64,000 bases of DNA, taken from the sequence record PV662128.1; one strand, given 5' to 3'. The notes below the pieces were generated by a model that saw only the letters and a list, made by a program, of their open reading frames with translations, did no database searches and was not told where the DNA came from. Position 1 is the stretch's first letter, and every line of letters begins with the position of its first letter. The position numbers and the translations under genes were made by a program. Shown here piece by piece: positions 9,220 through 18,230 of this stretch.

Positions 9220-9819
9220 ATGAATATCAATTGTCTTCCAGAGAACCACCGTATTGTTTCTTCCATGGTCAATCCGTTCGATGCTAGCGAAGAACTCTTC
9301 TTTGTTACACATCCTAACGTCAGGACTTATTATGATCTCGACATTTGGTTCTGTGACATGGGGACAGGGGATGCCCGAGTTGTGGAACCCTATCGGTCTG
9401 TTTCTGATACTCGTCTTTACAAACACATGGAATTTCATATTGAGGCAAATTCGGTTAATTTCATTTACCCAATAGTAATTTTACCCCTACAAGAAATAAA
9501 GGGTTGTTTTGTTGACCACCAGGGTAATAAAAAGGATCTTCTGGATTTACCTATCACTATTGATTCGCTGATGAATTACAAGATTGATGGAACACCGAAC
9601 CGTTACTTTTATCGCCGGCAATTCCTTAAGGAACTGGCTGAAGCACAGAGAAAAGAAGACGCGGTTTCGGCCCATGCTAAATTTTCGAATCGCATTTTTC
9701 ACGAACCAGATTTTTTCGACCATTTCACATCTCAAAAACCAGGCGGGTTGAATAAAAAACCTAATCGTAACTTGGACGTTGTCATGGGGTTGTTGAAACG
9801 TAACAACGCTCGTGAATAA
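9220..9819 (+). CDS. Hypothetical protein (start moved to ATG 9220)
   Basis: TTTAGG-N7-ATC-ATG start motif. Confidence 0.7.
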   Translation: MNINCLPENHRIVSSMVNPFDASEELFFVTHPNVRTYYDLDIWFCDMGTGDARVVEPYRSVSDTRLYKHMEFHIEANSVNFIYPIVILPLQEIKGCFVDHQGNKKDLLDLPITIDSLMNYKIDGTPNRYFYRRQFLKELAEAQRKEDAVSAHAKFSNRIFHEPDFFDHFTSQKPGGLNKKPNRNLDVVMGLLKRNNARE

Positions 9820-9833
9820 CTTTTCTCATTGGG

Positions 9834-10211
9834 GTGGATATGAACAAAAAAGAAGAATGGGTTCGTTGTTTTAAATTTAGGGTGGAACCCCTGGATAGTT
9901 ATTTACGAAAAGGGTTTTCTAAGATCAGAATTGAGCTCGAAGATAATCCAAGACGTAAAGATCTTTTTATCTTGGTAAGAGTCGGGGGGAATAAGAAAGT
10001 CTTGAACAAAGATTTGATTCTGATCGATACCCTCCTTATCCCTAGATTACAGAGAATACATCTTTCCCCAAATCAAAAGATTCAGTTGGTCGGTTGGATG
10101 ATCGAAAGGGGATTTATCGGCTATCTCTCTTATCGCGAATGGGGAATGATCTTTAACGTTACAGCCGCCAGCATTTATCATTATGTGAAAACATATAAGG
10201 AAAGTTTATGA
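9834..10211 (+). CDS. Hypothetical protein
   Basis: 125-aa ORF; ATGA overlap with next gene. Confidence 0.65.
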   Translation: MDMNKKEEWVRCFKFRVEPLDSYLRKGFSKIRIELEDNPRRKDLFILVRVGGNKKVLNKDLILIDTLLIPRLQRIHLSPNQKIQLVGWMIERGFIGYLSYREWGMIFNVTAASIYHYVKTYKESL

Positions 10212-10519
10212 AAGTCTACGCGGTAGTCTGCAAAGAGACTAATAACGTGATCGCCAATTTCCTGGATCGTGGAATTGGAAAGGTTAAAATCAACGACATT
10301 AAATTAGGGATCATGGATCACCATGTCCCTTACGAAGAAAGGACGGTGATAAAAGTCGTTGAAGTTTTCTTGTCTTCTTCTAAGAAGAATATTGATAAAC
10401 TTCAACAACTGGACGTCGACGCTTTCATCCTCGAAAGTACCGATCACGAAGAAGTGGATTTCATCTATCTGTCCCGGGATCCGGAACGAGATATCGCGCT
10501 GTGCACACCAAAGGAATAA
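10208..10519 (+). CDS. Hypothetical protein
   Basis: 103-aa ORF, translationally coupled to upstream gene. Confidence 0.65.
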   Translation: MKVYAVVCKETNNVIANFLDRGIGKVKINDIKLGIMDHHVPYEERTVIKVVEVFLSSSKKNIDKLQQLDVDAFILESTDHEEVDFIYLSRDPERDIALCTPKE

Positions 10520-10521
10520 CG

Positions 10522-10887
10522 ATGCCTGAGATTGTAACCGCCTTTAGTGCCTGGGAATCGAAGTTCGTTTCCAGTTTAAATGAAATGGAAAATTTTCTGA
10601 AGACTCCGCCCGAACACACCAAAATCGAATCGACGATCAAAGGGACCAAACACGGTGTTTGGATTACGTTACTTTATTTCAAAGACCGGGACGTTGTTCT
10701 AGGGAGAAGTTTCTCCATCACCAAGTGCCCTATCTACGTTGCGAATAACGTTGTAAGGACCAAATTGATTCGTCATATCGCGGACCGTGGATTAGAGTCA
10801 ATCGTTTCGATGACTCGGTGGGGTAATATCTTAGGAATGAGTTCCGCTACCACCATCCGTTCTTTTAAAGAAGTTAAAACTCAATAA
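10522..10887 (+). CDS. Hypothetical protein (start moved to ATG 10522)
   Basis: AAGGA SD before ATG 10522. Confidence 0.6.
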   Translation: MPEIVTAFSAWESKFVSSLNEMENFLKTPPEHTKIESTIKGTKHGVWITLLYFKDRDVVLGRSFSITKCPIYVANNVVRTKLIRHIADRGLESIVSMTRWGNILGMSSATTIRSFKEVKTQ

Positions 10888-10919
10888 CCTTTCAATACCT
10901 TTATTTAGGAAAAAATATC

Positions 10920-11447
10920 ATGGCCAAACATTTTGCAGAAGATTTTAAATTAATGTTAGATCTTCACCAGCGCGTACCGGTTGAAGTACTCAGGACCTCA
11001 GACCAGGTTAAAGCCGCAGTTAAGGTTATCGTAGACACTGTGTCTAAAATCAACGAAGCACACCCTAGCACACTCTTACAATCAGGGTTTGCTATCACGG
11101 GATCTCATATTGCAAAAAATACTGATTTTGTTATTGAGCAAACCGAGCTTAAGTTAGTATTATCAGAAATAGTGAGTTCTTCTTGTTACCGTGTAAAGAT
11201 TGATCTGGTGAACACGAAAAATGACCGTCCTTCCTCGGCGGACCACCACATCTTATCCGAAGCTATTTTACTAGCTTTGGACATTTATGCGGTCTCCCCC
11301 TCTGGGGTTAGAATGAATGATAAACCTAACCCCAACCTATGTTTAGCAAATCATTTACAAGGAAGTTTTAAAATGTATTCTTGCGAAGCTTTCGTCAATA
11401 TCAACACCTACGCGATAGACATCCTCTTCCCTATCGTTTCATTATAA
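10920..11447 (+). CDS. Hypothetical protein
   Basis: TTTAGGAAAAAATATCATG start motif; 175 aa. Confidence 0.7.
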   Translation: MAKHFAEDFKLMLDLHQRVPVEVLRTSDQVKAAVKVIVDTVSKINEAHPSTLLQSGFAITGSHIAKNTDFVIEQTELKLVLSEIVSSSCYRVKIDLVNTKNDRPSSADHHILSEAILLALDIYAVSPSGVRMNDKPNPNLCLANHLQGSFKMYSCEAFVNINTYAIDILFPIVSL

Positions 11448-11478
11448 TCAAAAATCTCCGTACCCTACCTAAATAAGG

Positions 11479-11832
11479 ATGAATAAAATGAGTACATTTC
11501 TGTTAGTTGTATCCGGCTGGTTCGCTCTGTCTGTTATCTGTGTCGCTGGCTACTCCTTCGTAAGAGAGGGGTGGAAAAAAGAAGATCTCTCTTGGTCGGA
11601 GTTTATTAAACAAAGCACGATCTCCGCTAACGTCATTAAAGATAAAGCGGCTCATAAACCTCACGATGTGACTCTCGGGGATTTCTTAAGCTCCGAAGAA
11701 GTTAAACCTTGGTTAAAAGGTTTTGACTACGACGTTGAAGAGAAAACCGATTCTTACGTTATTACGCTGAGAACTCCGTCTCACGCAAGAGACTTTTTGT
11801 TGCCACGACAGTCGTTCCCTAATGCCGCATAA
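11479..11832 (+). CDS. N-terminally membrane-anchored hypothetical protein
   Basis: FLLVVSGWFALSVICVAGYSFV; followed by palindromic hairpin 11836-11869. Confidence 0.65.
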   Translation: MNKMSTFLLVVSGWFALSVICVAGYSFVREGWKKEDLSWSEFIKQSTISANVIKDKAAHKPHDVTLGDFLSSEEVKPWLKGFDYDVEEKTDSYVITLRTPSHARDFLLPRQSFPNAA

Positions 11833-11981
11833 AACAGTATAGTCCATCCCCTAGGGGATGGGCTATACTCAACATTTCATTTTTTTTTTCACTAACGAAT
11901 TTTATGCTTTGAAGACCGAGTATGTGGGACGCCGCATAAACGTAATCATACATGTATGCTTATTGGTGAAAAGAGGACATT

Positions 11982-14021
11982 ATGACCACACCTACCCAAT
12001 TACCGATTCCCAGCAATAACTTGCTGGATTCGAGATTTAACTTTGAAAAATTAGATCAGATAGTTAATTCTGATGCTAATTATTACGTAGACCGATTCGG
12101 GAAGCAAAGATTGACCGCCAAAGGTTTAGAGGATCTGATTAATCGTATCGAAGGGGAGTTCGAAAATAATGTCGGATCTCCAGACGGTTATCGATTTGTT
12201 GGTAAAGCAACCTCTTTCGATCAACTGAGAAATATCCCTCCTTTAGTCAATGGTCAACGTATTTTGTTAACAGGATATCGTGACGGTTGGGGGTTCGGTG
12301 GTGGGGAGTTCGAGGGATTCTTCGGTACCGGTACGGATGATGGAGGGATTACTGCCGCGGGTAACGGTTTCTATTGGCGTAGGATAGATAGGAATAGCCT
12401 GAATCTTTATCAGTTTGGTGCTTATGGGGATAACGTTAACGACGATACTCCAGCGTATAAGAGAATGGTTGCTCATATCCGTTCCCTCCCCTCTTCTCGC
12501 GCCGCCATTATCGATGGAGAAGGAAGAACTTTCTTATTTACAGAAGGTATCGAAATAGATGTAGGATATTTCATCCTCACAAACATGACTCTAAACTTTA
12601 CCACAATTACTCCCGATAAAGTTCCAACTGGCGGTAATTTCTACGCGGTAACAATCACTACGACTCGTCGCGGTTACGTCGATACTGATTATCGCACCTT
12701 AAGGCTTAGAGATCTCCAAATAGTAGGGCCTGCTTTCAACGGCGCGATTAACGGAGCGCTTACTAAGATCCACGCATTGTATTTCAAAACTGATACGACG
12801 CTCAATGGATTTATTGCTGAGAACATTCTGGTGAGATATTTCCACACAGCGATTGTGTGGAGTAGCCACTCTTATCTACAGACGTTTTCTAAATGTCGTT
12901 TACTGCATTGTTATGCCGCTGTATCTGATACGAAAGTGTTGGAAGGAGTAGACTGCGTTGACTGTGGTGAAAACCTGGTGTTTAACGGTTGTGTGTTCGA
13001 CATGAACGTCTATAACCTGTATTTCGTAGGAACGAATGCGCAGTGGGAAGTCAGGTTTAACTATTGCTCCTTCGACTACTTTGGCGGATACGGTGATCTG
13101 GGAACCATCTATCCATTTGATATGTCTACGACACAATTACTTTGGTTCAATGATTGCCATTTCGAATGGGGTAATGCAAGTTCTAAAGTCAGTAACATGT
13201 TCCGTTGCGGAGGTATGTCTGTTGTAGAAATAAACGGTGGGGTTATTCGTCCTATGTCAGGGGGGAATTACGGAACTGTTGATTTGTTCTTCTACAATAC
13301 CGGTACTTCGTCCTTTAGTATAAACGAAACCATTTTCAACCGAGCAGGTGTTACATCTTGGGCTAACTTTGGTTTATATAAATTCAGGCCTCGCCTGAAA
13401 GACGCGAACTATATTGTTTCGGGTGTTGCGAATACGTTAGTTCCTAATTCTATTTACAATATCCAGGACGCTAACGCGGTCCATCCTTATAGTCAGTTAG
13501 AATTCGAAGTGCGTGGTTTGGATAACGAGCCTAATACCGATCCCCACACTCATCCCAGGGTGACTGCTACTCTTTCTACTGTAACGGTGGGCGGTAAAAC
13601 ATATCCGTCTATTCTCTTGAGTAAGCAGGCGGGTTATGGGGTAGGTTCTTATTGTGATTTTAAACTCTACGTGGATCGTACCGCTCAAGGTACGGTATTA
13701 AACGGATGCCGGTGCAGTATTATTGCGGCTACCGTAGGAAACCCCCGTACACTTTCTGGTTCTACTGGTGCCGCTCTATTGAATGTGAAAGGGGCGGATG
13801 GGATGTATCCAACTTACCCTAAAACAACTCCTGCATTCAGTTCATCCATAGCTCTGACAACGTCAACCACTACTGAGTTTAAGTTTAACCCAACACCCGT
13901 TCTGGTTTTCCACGCTAACGGACACCAGATGAACAAGATCCTGCTGCGCTTCGACCTTACAGGATTAGGAGCAAGTGAAAGTATCCATATTTTCAACATC
14001 GCCGATTATGGTCCTTTATAA
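11982..14021 (+). CDS. Tailspike / putative polysaccharide depolymerase 1
   Basis: Shared anchor MTTPTQ..PS....FNxEKxD...NSD..YxDRFGKxR; GSPDG..GGGEF domain; beta-helix start FGAYGDNVNDDT. Confidence 0.85.
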   Translation: MTTPTQLPIPSNNLLDSRFNFEKLDQIVNSDANYYVDRFGKQRLTAKGLEDLINRIEGEFENNVGSPDGYRFVGKATSFDQLRNIPPLVNGQRILLTGYRDGWGFGGGEFEGFFGTGTDDGGITAAGNGFYWRRIDRNSLNLYQFGAYGDNVNDDTPAYKRMVAHIRSLPSSRAAIIDGEGRTFLFTEGIEIDVGYFILTNMTLNFTTITPDKVPTGGNFYAVTITTTRRGYVDTDYRTLRLRDLQIVGPAFNGAINGALTKIHALYFKTDTTLNGFIAENILVRYFHTAIVWSSHSYLQTFSKCRLLHCYAAVSDTKVLEGVDCVDCGENLVFNGCVFDMNVYNLYFVGTNAQWEVRFNYCSFDYFGGYGDLGTIYPFDMSTTQLLWFNDCHFEWGNASSKVSNMFRCGGMSVVEINGGVIRPMSGGNYGTVDLFFYNTGTSSFSINETIFNRAGVTSWANFGLYKFRPRLKDANYIVSGVANTLVPNSIYNIQDANAVHPYSQLEFEVRGLDNEPNTDPHTHPRVTATLSTVTVGGKTYPSILLSKQAGYGVGSYCDFKLYVDRTAQGTVLNGCRCSIIAATVGNPRTLSGSTGAALLNVKGADGMYPTYPKTTPAFSSSIALTTSTTTEFKFNPTPVLVFHANGHQMNKILLRFDLTGLGASESIHIFNIADYGPL

Positions 14022-14032
14022 GCTATAACCTT

Positions 14033-14063
14033 AAATCCAACCGCCCATTGGGCGGTTGGATTT
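14033..14063 (+). terminator. Hairpin terminator
   Basis: AAATCCAACCGCCC-att-GGGCGGTTGGATTT. Confidence 0.8.
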
Positions 14064-14106
14064 TATGCCTAACGATATTTCAACCTTCCTGACTTGAGGA
14101 ATAGCA

Positions 14107-15993
14107 ATGACACTCCCAACACAAAACGCCGTTCCTAGTTCAGCTAAGAACGACCAGCTCTTTAATGCTGAGAAGATAGACCAGGTCGTTAATAGCGACG
14201 ACCTTCAATATACCGACCGCTTCGGTAAGAAGCGATTTACTTTCTCTGGTTTATATAACGTCATCCAGACTTGGTTTACTGGATTGGGTGGATCTACTGG
14301 GGCCTCAGGCATTGGGATAAAACAAGGTGGGACTATTCAGGATAGCCTATATTTCGCCACCCCTGAAATGTTTGGAGCAAAAGGTGATGGGGTAACTGAT
14401 GATACCGCCTCGTTTAAAAATATGTTTTTATCGGGCTATCTTCATTATGTCGCCGGCAAAAATTATGTTATTTCAGATAACGTCTCTATCCCAGCCAATG
14501 TCACTTTGGTGATTAAAGGCCAGATTACCCAAAGGAGTAACGGCACTTTTACTTGGGGTGGTTCTAACCGAGTATCCGGATTCCCTATGTTTTCCATTAC
14601 TTCCCCTAATGTAAGGATAGAGGGTAATGGAGTGCTCGTCAATCAGTTTGAGGCATTCAAAATAGACACCGGTGGAGATAATCTTATTCTTGATGGGATC
14701 ACAATTAATAATCCAGAGAGATCTTCTTCGGTAGGGATATCGCTCTATAACGTCTCTAACACTACAATTAATAATTGTTTTATCTCTAATAATGGTAAAG
14801 CCGGGACCTATGATTCGGTTAATTCTAAGCAAATTTATGGTTACGGGAACGGAATTGATTTCGGAGCTACGACGGGAACCAAGATAACCAATTGTTATTT
14901 TTATAATAATGGTCAGTGTGGGGCGTGGTGTTATGGCGCCGGGAATGTTATTTTTACTAATAATGTCTGCTTTAGAAATTACCAATCCGGGTTCCAGTAT
15001 GGCCCGCACGCCAGTTTCAATGGAGTGGTAATCGCCAATAATGTGTTTGCAGTTAATGGGGCAGATGGAATTGACATCAACAATACAGGATCGTCGACGA
15101 TCAGTATTAGGGCGACGATAACAGGTAATGTAAGCGTTCTTAACGGGTATTTCGAAGGAGATACCTCTAAACCAACCCAGGATGGATCTGGGATAGCCAC
15201 ACTACGATTTATTTCAGGTGTGACATGCACGGGGAATTACAGTATCGACTGTGCTGGGGTGGGGATATACCTGACGTCATTTGCTAACGCCACAATCGCC
15301 GATAACATTATTATTAACACAATGACCAATTCTTCTGGCATTTATATGGGAAATTCTGGATCGGATGTCGTCGTGCATGATAATATTATTTCTACTAAAG
15401 GAACGTGTTTCCAAGTAGGTGGATCCACACCATTAACGCGATTAAAATTTCATGATAATATACTGATAAGTTCCTCGGGCACATCGGTTTCTTTACCATC
15501 TAATACGTATACCGATGTAAGCTGGCATGACAACCATCATTCTTCCTTCCAAACTATTAATTTCTGGTTTGGGGTTCAGGACGAAAAAATCAGATATCAG
15601 GGGACAACAGGTAATGGTGTGTATATCAGCGCTTCGTTTTCTAATTTTAGTCTCAATGTGGGGGGATCCACGACAGGTTCCCTGGTGTTTGTGGACGGCG
15701 GATCTAAAAATAGGTTTACTGGTGTTAATGTAAACAACACTGGGTCTGGGATTGGTTTAACTTTGAACAACGCCGTGAGACCTACGTTTATAAGTCCGTT
15801 TGTTCAATGTGCCACTGGAACAGGGCTATCGGTTGTTGGCGGATCCAACACAAGTATTTACGACGCAACGATTAGTGGGCAAACCGCCGTATCCGCCAAC
15901 ACTTCGATAATGTACACCGGGACCAAATCTTTATCTGGAGCTACTTCATATGTTATTAAGCCCTTTAATGCACAGTACGTGCAAGAAACTTGA
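14107..15993 (+). CDS. Tailspike / putative depolymerase 2 (pectate-lyase-like beta-helix)
   Basis: Shared anchor; TPEMFGAKGDGVTDDT; many N/G-rich beta-helix rungs (INNCFISNNG, TNCYFYNNG). Confidence 0.9.
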   Translation: MTLPTQNAVPSSAKNDQLFNAEKIDQVVNSDDLQYTDRFGKKRFTFSGLYNVIQTWFTGLGGSTGASGIGIKQGGTIQDSLYFATPEMFGAKGDGVTDDTASFKNMFLSGYLHYVAGKNYVISDNVSIPANVTLVIKGQITQRSNGTFTWGGSNRVSGFPMFSITSPNVRIEGNGVLVNQFEAFKIDTGGDNLILDGITINNPERSSSVGISLYNVSNTTINNCFISNNGKAGTYDSVNSKQIYGYGNGIDFGATTGTKITNCYFYNNGQCGAWCYGAGNVIFTNNVCFRNYQSGFQYGPHASFNGVVIANNVFAVNGADGIDINNTGSSTISIRATITGNVSVLNGYFEGDTSKPTQDGSGIATLRFISGVTCTGNYSIDCAGVGIYLTSFANATIADNIIINTMTNSSGIYMGNSGSDVVVHDNIISTKGTCFQVGGSTPLTRLKFHDNILISSSGTSVSLPSNTYTDVSWHDNHHSSFQTINFWFGVQDEKIRYQGTTGNGVYISASFSNFSLNVGGSTTGSLVFVDGGSKNRFTGVNVNNTGSGIGLTLNNAVRPTFISPFVQCATGTGLSVVGGSNTSIYDATISGQTAVSANTSIMYTGTKSLSGATSYVIKPFNAQYVQET

Positions 15994-16040
15994 TAACGAG
16001 GTTATCCTTGGCACCCCCAGATAATGCTTTGAGTTGATCC

Positions 16041-16077
16041 TTATTACTACTCTAGAGATAACCTAGAGTAGTAATAA
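16041..16077. repeat. Hairpin related to the ACTCCTAC family
   Basis: TTATTACTACTCTAG-agataac-CTAGAGTAGTAATAA, 15-bp stem; loop contains GATAA. Confidence 0.7.
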
Positions 16078-16154
16078 AACCGAGAATTTTATGTTTAATG
16101 GCTTTAGGGTTGGTGTTGTATCATCGCCTCCCTTATCACTTTATAAGGTGTAAA

Positions 16155-18119
16155 ATGACATTACCTACCCAAAATAGTATTCCCTCAGGGAATATTTTAG
16201 ACCAAATTTTTAATGCTGAAAAAATAGATGAAGTCGTCAACTCGGATAACGAAACCTATACGGATAGGTTTGGGGTAAAAAGAAAGACCATAACCGGGCT
16301 GTGGTCCCTGGTCAATGCCTGGTTTAACGGTTTAATAAGGTACGACGGTCAGTTATTGTTAGGTTCGCCCCAGAGTATAGAACAACTAAAACTTATCCAG
16401 GCGACCTCAGGGGTAAAAATTAATATCCTTGGGGCGTTTGGATCGGGTGACGGAGGAGCCGGGACCTGGGCATATGATGGTTCTGATATGTCAGCGCAAG
16501 TCACCACTTACCCTAAATTATTCGTACCCCCCAACACAGACCCAACCGGAAAGAAAGGGGCGTGGAAATTATGTCCTGACGGATCGGATTATTTAACCAT
16601 TCAATATGGAGTTTCGATAGGAGATAAACTCCATAATACCGAAACGCTTAATCAGTTAATGGATTACAATAAGTCGGTTTTTAATATAAAGCTTCCCCCA
16701 ACAATAGTTCAGGTTACAAAACTTTACAGTAATTATAATCCCAAGCTCGTGGGGGTGCCTGGTGTCAATAGCGAACTTTCCTCTTTACGCGTGATGGGTT
16801 CTTTAAATAACGGCACGGCTTTGGTTAGTAGGGACGCCGATTCAACAGATCCACTGCTCACTGTGGCAGGAACATCGGCTGCAAGACTAGCGGGTGTTGA
16901 TATCAGCGACCTTGCCATTATTAGTGGTGATCTTATCGATAATCGTGATTTAACGACCAATGCTGAATGGCAGGTACGGTCGTCAAGAACCGGATTACGA
17001 TTAGACTATATCGCGTCTAAAGTTAAAATTAGTAACTTGACGGTATGTGGGTTTAAGAAAGCTCATTATTTTAATGAGGTTTGGGACGGAACGATTAGGG
17101 ATTCTGCCGTCAGTATTTGTTCAGATTCCGACGGCACAGTTCCGGCTATTTTCTTAGGTTCCGAGTCCACAGACAATACCAATAATCTAACTTACGACAA
17201 CGTGAGAATAGAACACTGCCCTTATTCAGTCTATGTTGGTGCGGTGAACCATATTAGATTTGTGGCCTGTAAGGTCGAGACGAAACGTAAGGATAACGCG
17301 ACTAATTTTGTAATATCCATAGACTCCTCTGCTATTAATTACACTTTCCTAGCCTGTATGTTCGTTACAAACCCAGTTACCGAAAAACATTACCTTGACG
17401 AGCGAGGCCAAAAAGGTATTTGGATGGGGAACCACTTTACAATAGGCGGAATAACTGGACTCTTCCCTGGGGTGAGATGGATAAAAAGGGGACCAACAAA
17501 CACCAGTCATGCTAATTTTGCTTTCAATGATTTTAAAGGATGTTGGCAGGCTGATGGTACTGACGCTACCTTATATCCGATATATCTTGCGCCAGGAGAT
17601 CAGTTCGTCGGAGGAGTAGTTTCCACTCAAGACGTATACTCTATCAATAACGCTGGGACGTATAATAATTTCTCACCCACTAATCAAGGTTTAATTAGCG
17701 TCGAAGACTCAACTAGAGTCAATAACGTGACGTTTGAAACTAACAACAATACTAAAGTATTGGGTTCTGTCTTTTACGCCAGGAACGCAGGATACAATAT
17801 TTCTAATAACACGTACACGGGGGCCCCTTATTCCCTATTGGCCGGAAACACGATAGATAGTAGAACTCGAGTCTCCTCCTCAGGGGGAATAATAGATGTC
17901 TTTGATAGGAACACGGTTATCTTAAGTGACGTCACCAAAACTATCACTGGGTTTACCGGGACAACCGGAAATGAGTTCGGGGTCTTTGCGTACGCTGCGG
18001 GAGGAATAATTAAAAATAATTCAATGATCGTCACCACTGGCGGTGCCGACATTACAATGGAAATGAATAAATTTTATAAATTTAAATTGATTAACAAAAC
18101 AACTGCGGTTCAAATATAA
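16155..18119 (+). CDS. Tailspike / putative depolymerase 3 (start moved to ATG 16155)
   Basis: TAAGGTG SD then MTLPTQNSIPSG...FNAEKIDEVVNSD; GDGGAGTW domain; beta-helix-like middle. Confidence 0.85.
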   Translation: MTLPTQNSIPSGNILDQIFNAEKIDEVVNSDNETYTDRFGVKRKTITGLWSLVNAWFNGLIRYDGQLLLGSPQSIEQLKLIQATSGVKINILGAFGSGDGGAGTWAYDGSDMSAQVTTYPKLFVPPNTDPTGKKGAWKLCPDGSDYLTIQYGVSIGDKLHNTETLNQLMDYNKSVFNIKLPPTIVQVTKLYSNYNPKLVGVPGVNSELSSLRVMGSLNNGTALVSRDADSTDPLLTVAGTSAARLAGVDISDLAIISGDLIDNRDLTTNAEWQVRSSRTGLRLDYIASKVKISNLTVCGFKKAHYFNEVWDGTIRDSAVSICSDSDGTVPAIFLGSESTDNTNNLTYDNVRIEHCPYSVYVGAVNHIRFVACKVETKRKDNATNFVISIDSSAINYTFLACMFVTNPVTEKHYLDERGQKGIWMGNHFTIGGITGLFPGVRWIKRGPTNTSHANFAFNDFKGCWQADGTDATLYPIYLAPGDQFVGGVVSTQDVYSINNAGTYNNFSPTNQGLISVEDSTRVNNVTFETNNNTKVLGSVFYARNAGYNISNNTYTGAPYSLLAGNTIDSRTRVSSSGGIIDVFDRNTVILSDVTKTITGFTGTTGNEFGVFAYAAGGIIKNNSMIVTTGGADITMEMNKFYKFKLINKTTAVQI

Positions 18120-18122
18120 ATA

Positions 18123-18156
18123 CTAATCCCACCCTGTTTTCACAGGGTGGGATTAG
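18123..18156 (+). terminator. Hairpin terminator
   Basis: CTAATCCCACCCTGT-tttc-ACAGGGTGGGATTAG, 15-bp stem. Confidence 0.75.
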
Positions 18157-18230
18157 GGGATTTTATGCTGATCTAAATTCAGTAGACTTGCGCAAGTCTT
18201 TATACTACATTCTTTTAAAGGAGTAACCTC

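Noticed and set aside
16098-16154. N-terminal extensions in the ORF track (also at 8021, 9193, 31080, 34502, 36032, 41876, 45194, 47926, 53287, 53939, 60143)
   Set aside because: Downstream starts have proper SD or start motifs, or match paralog N-termini
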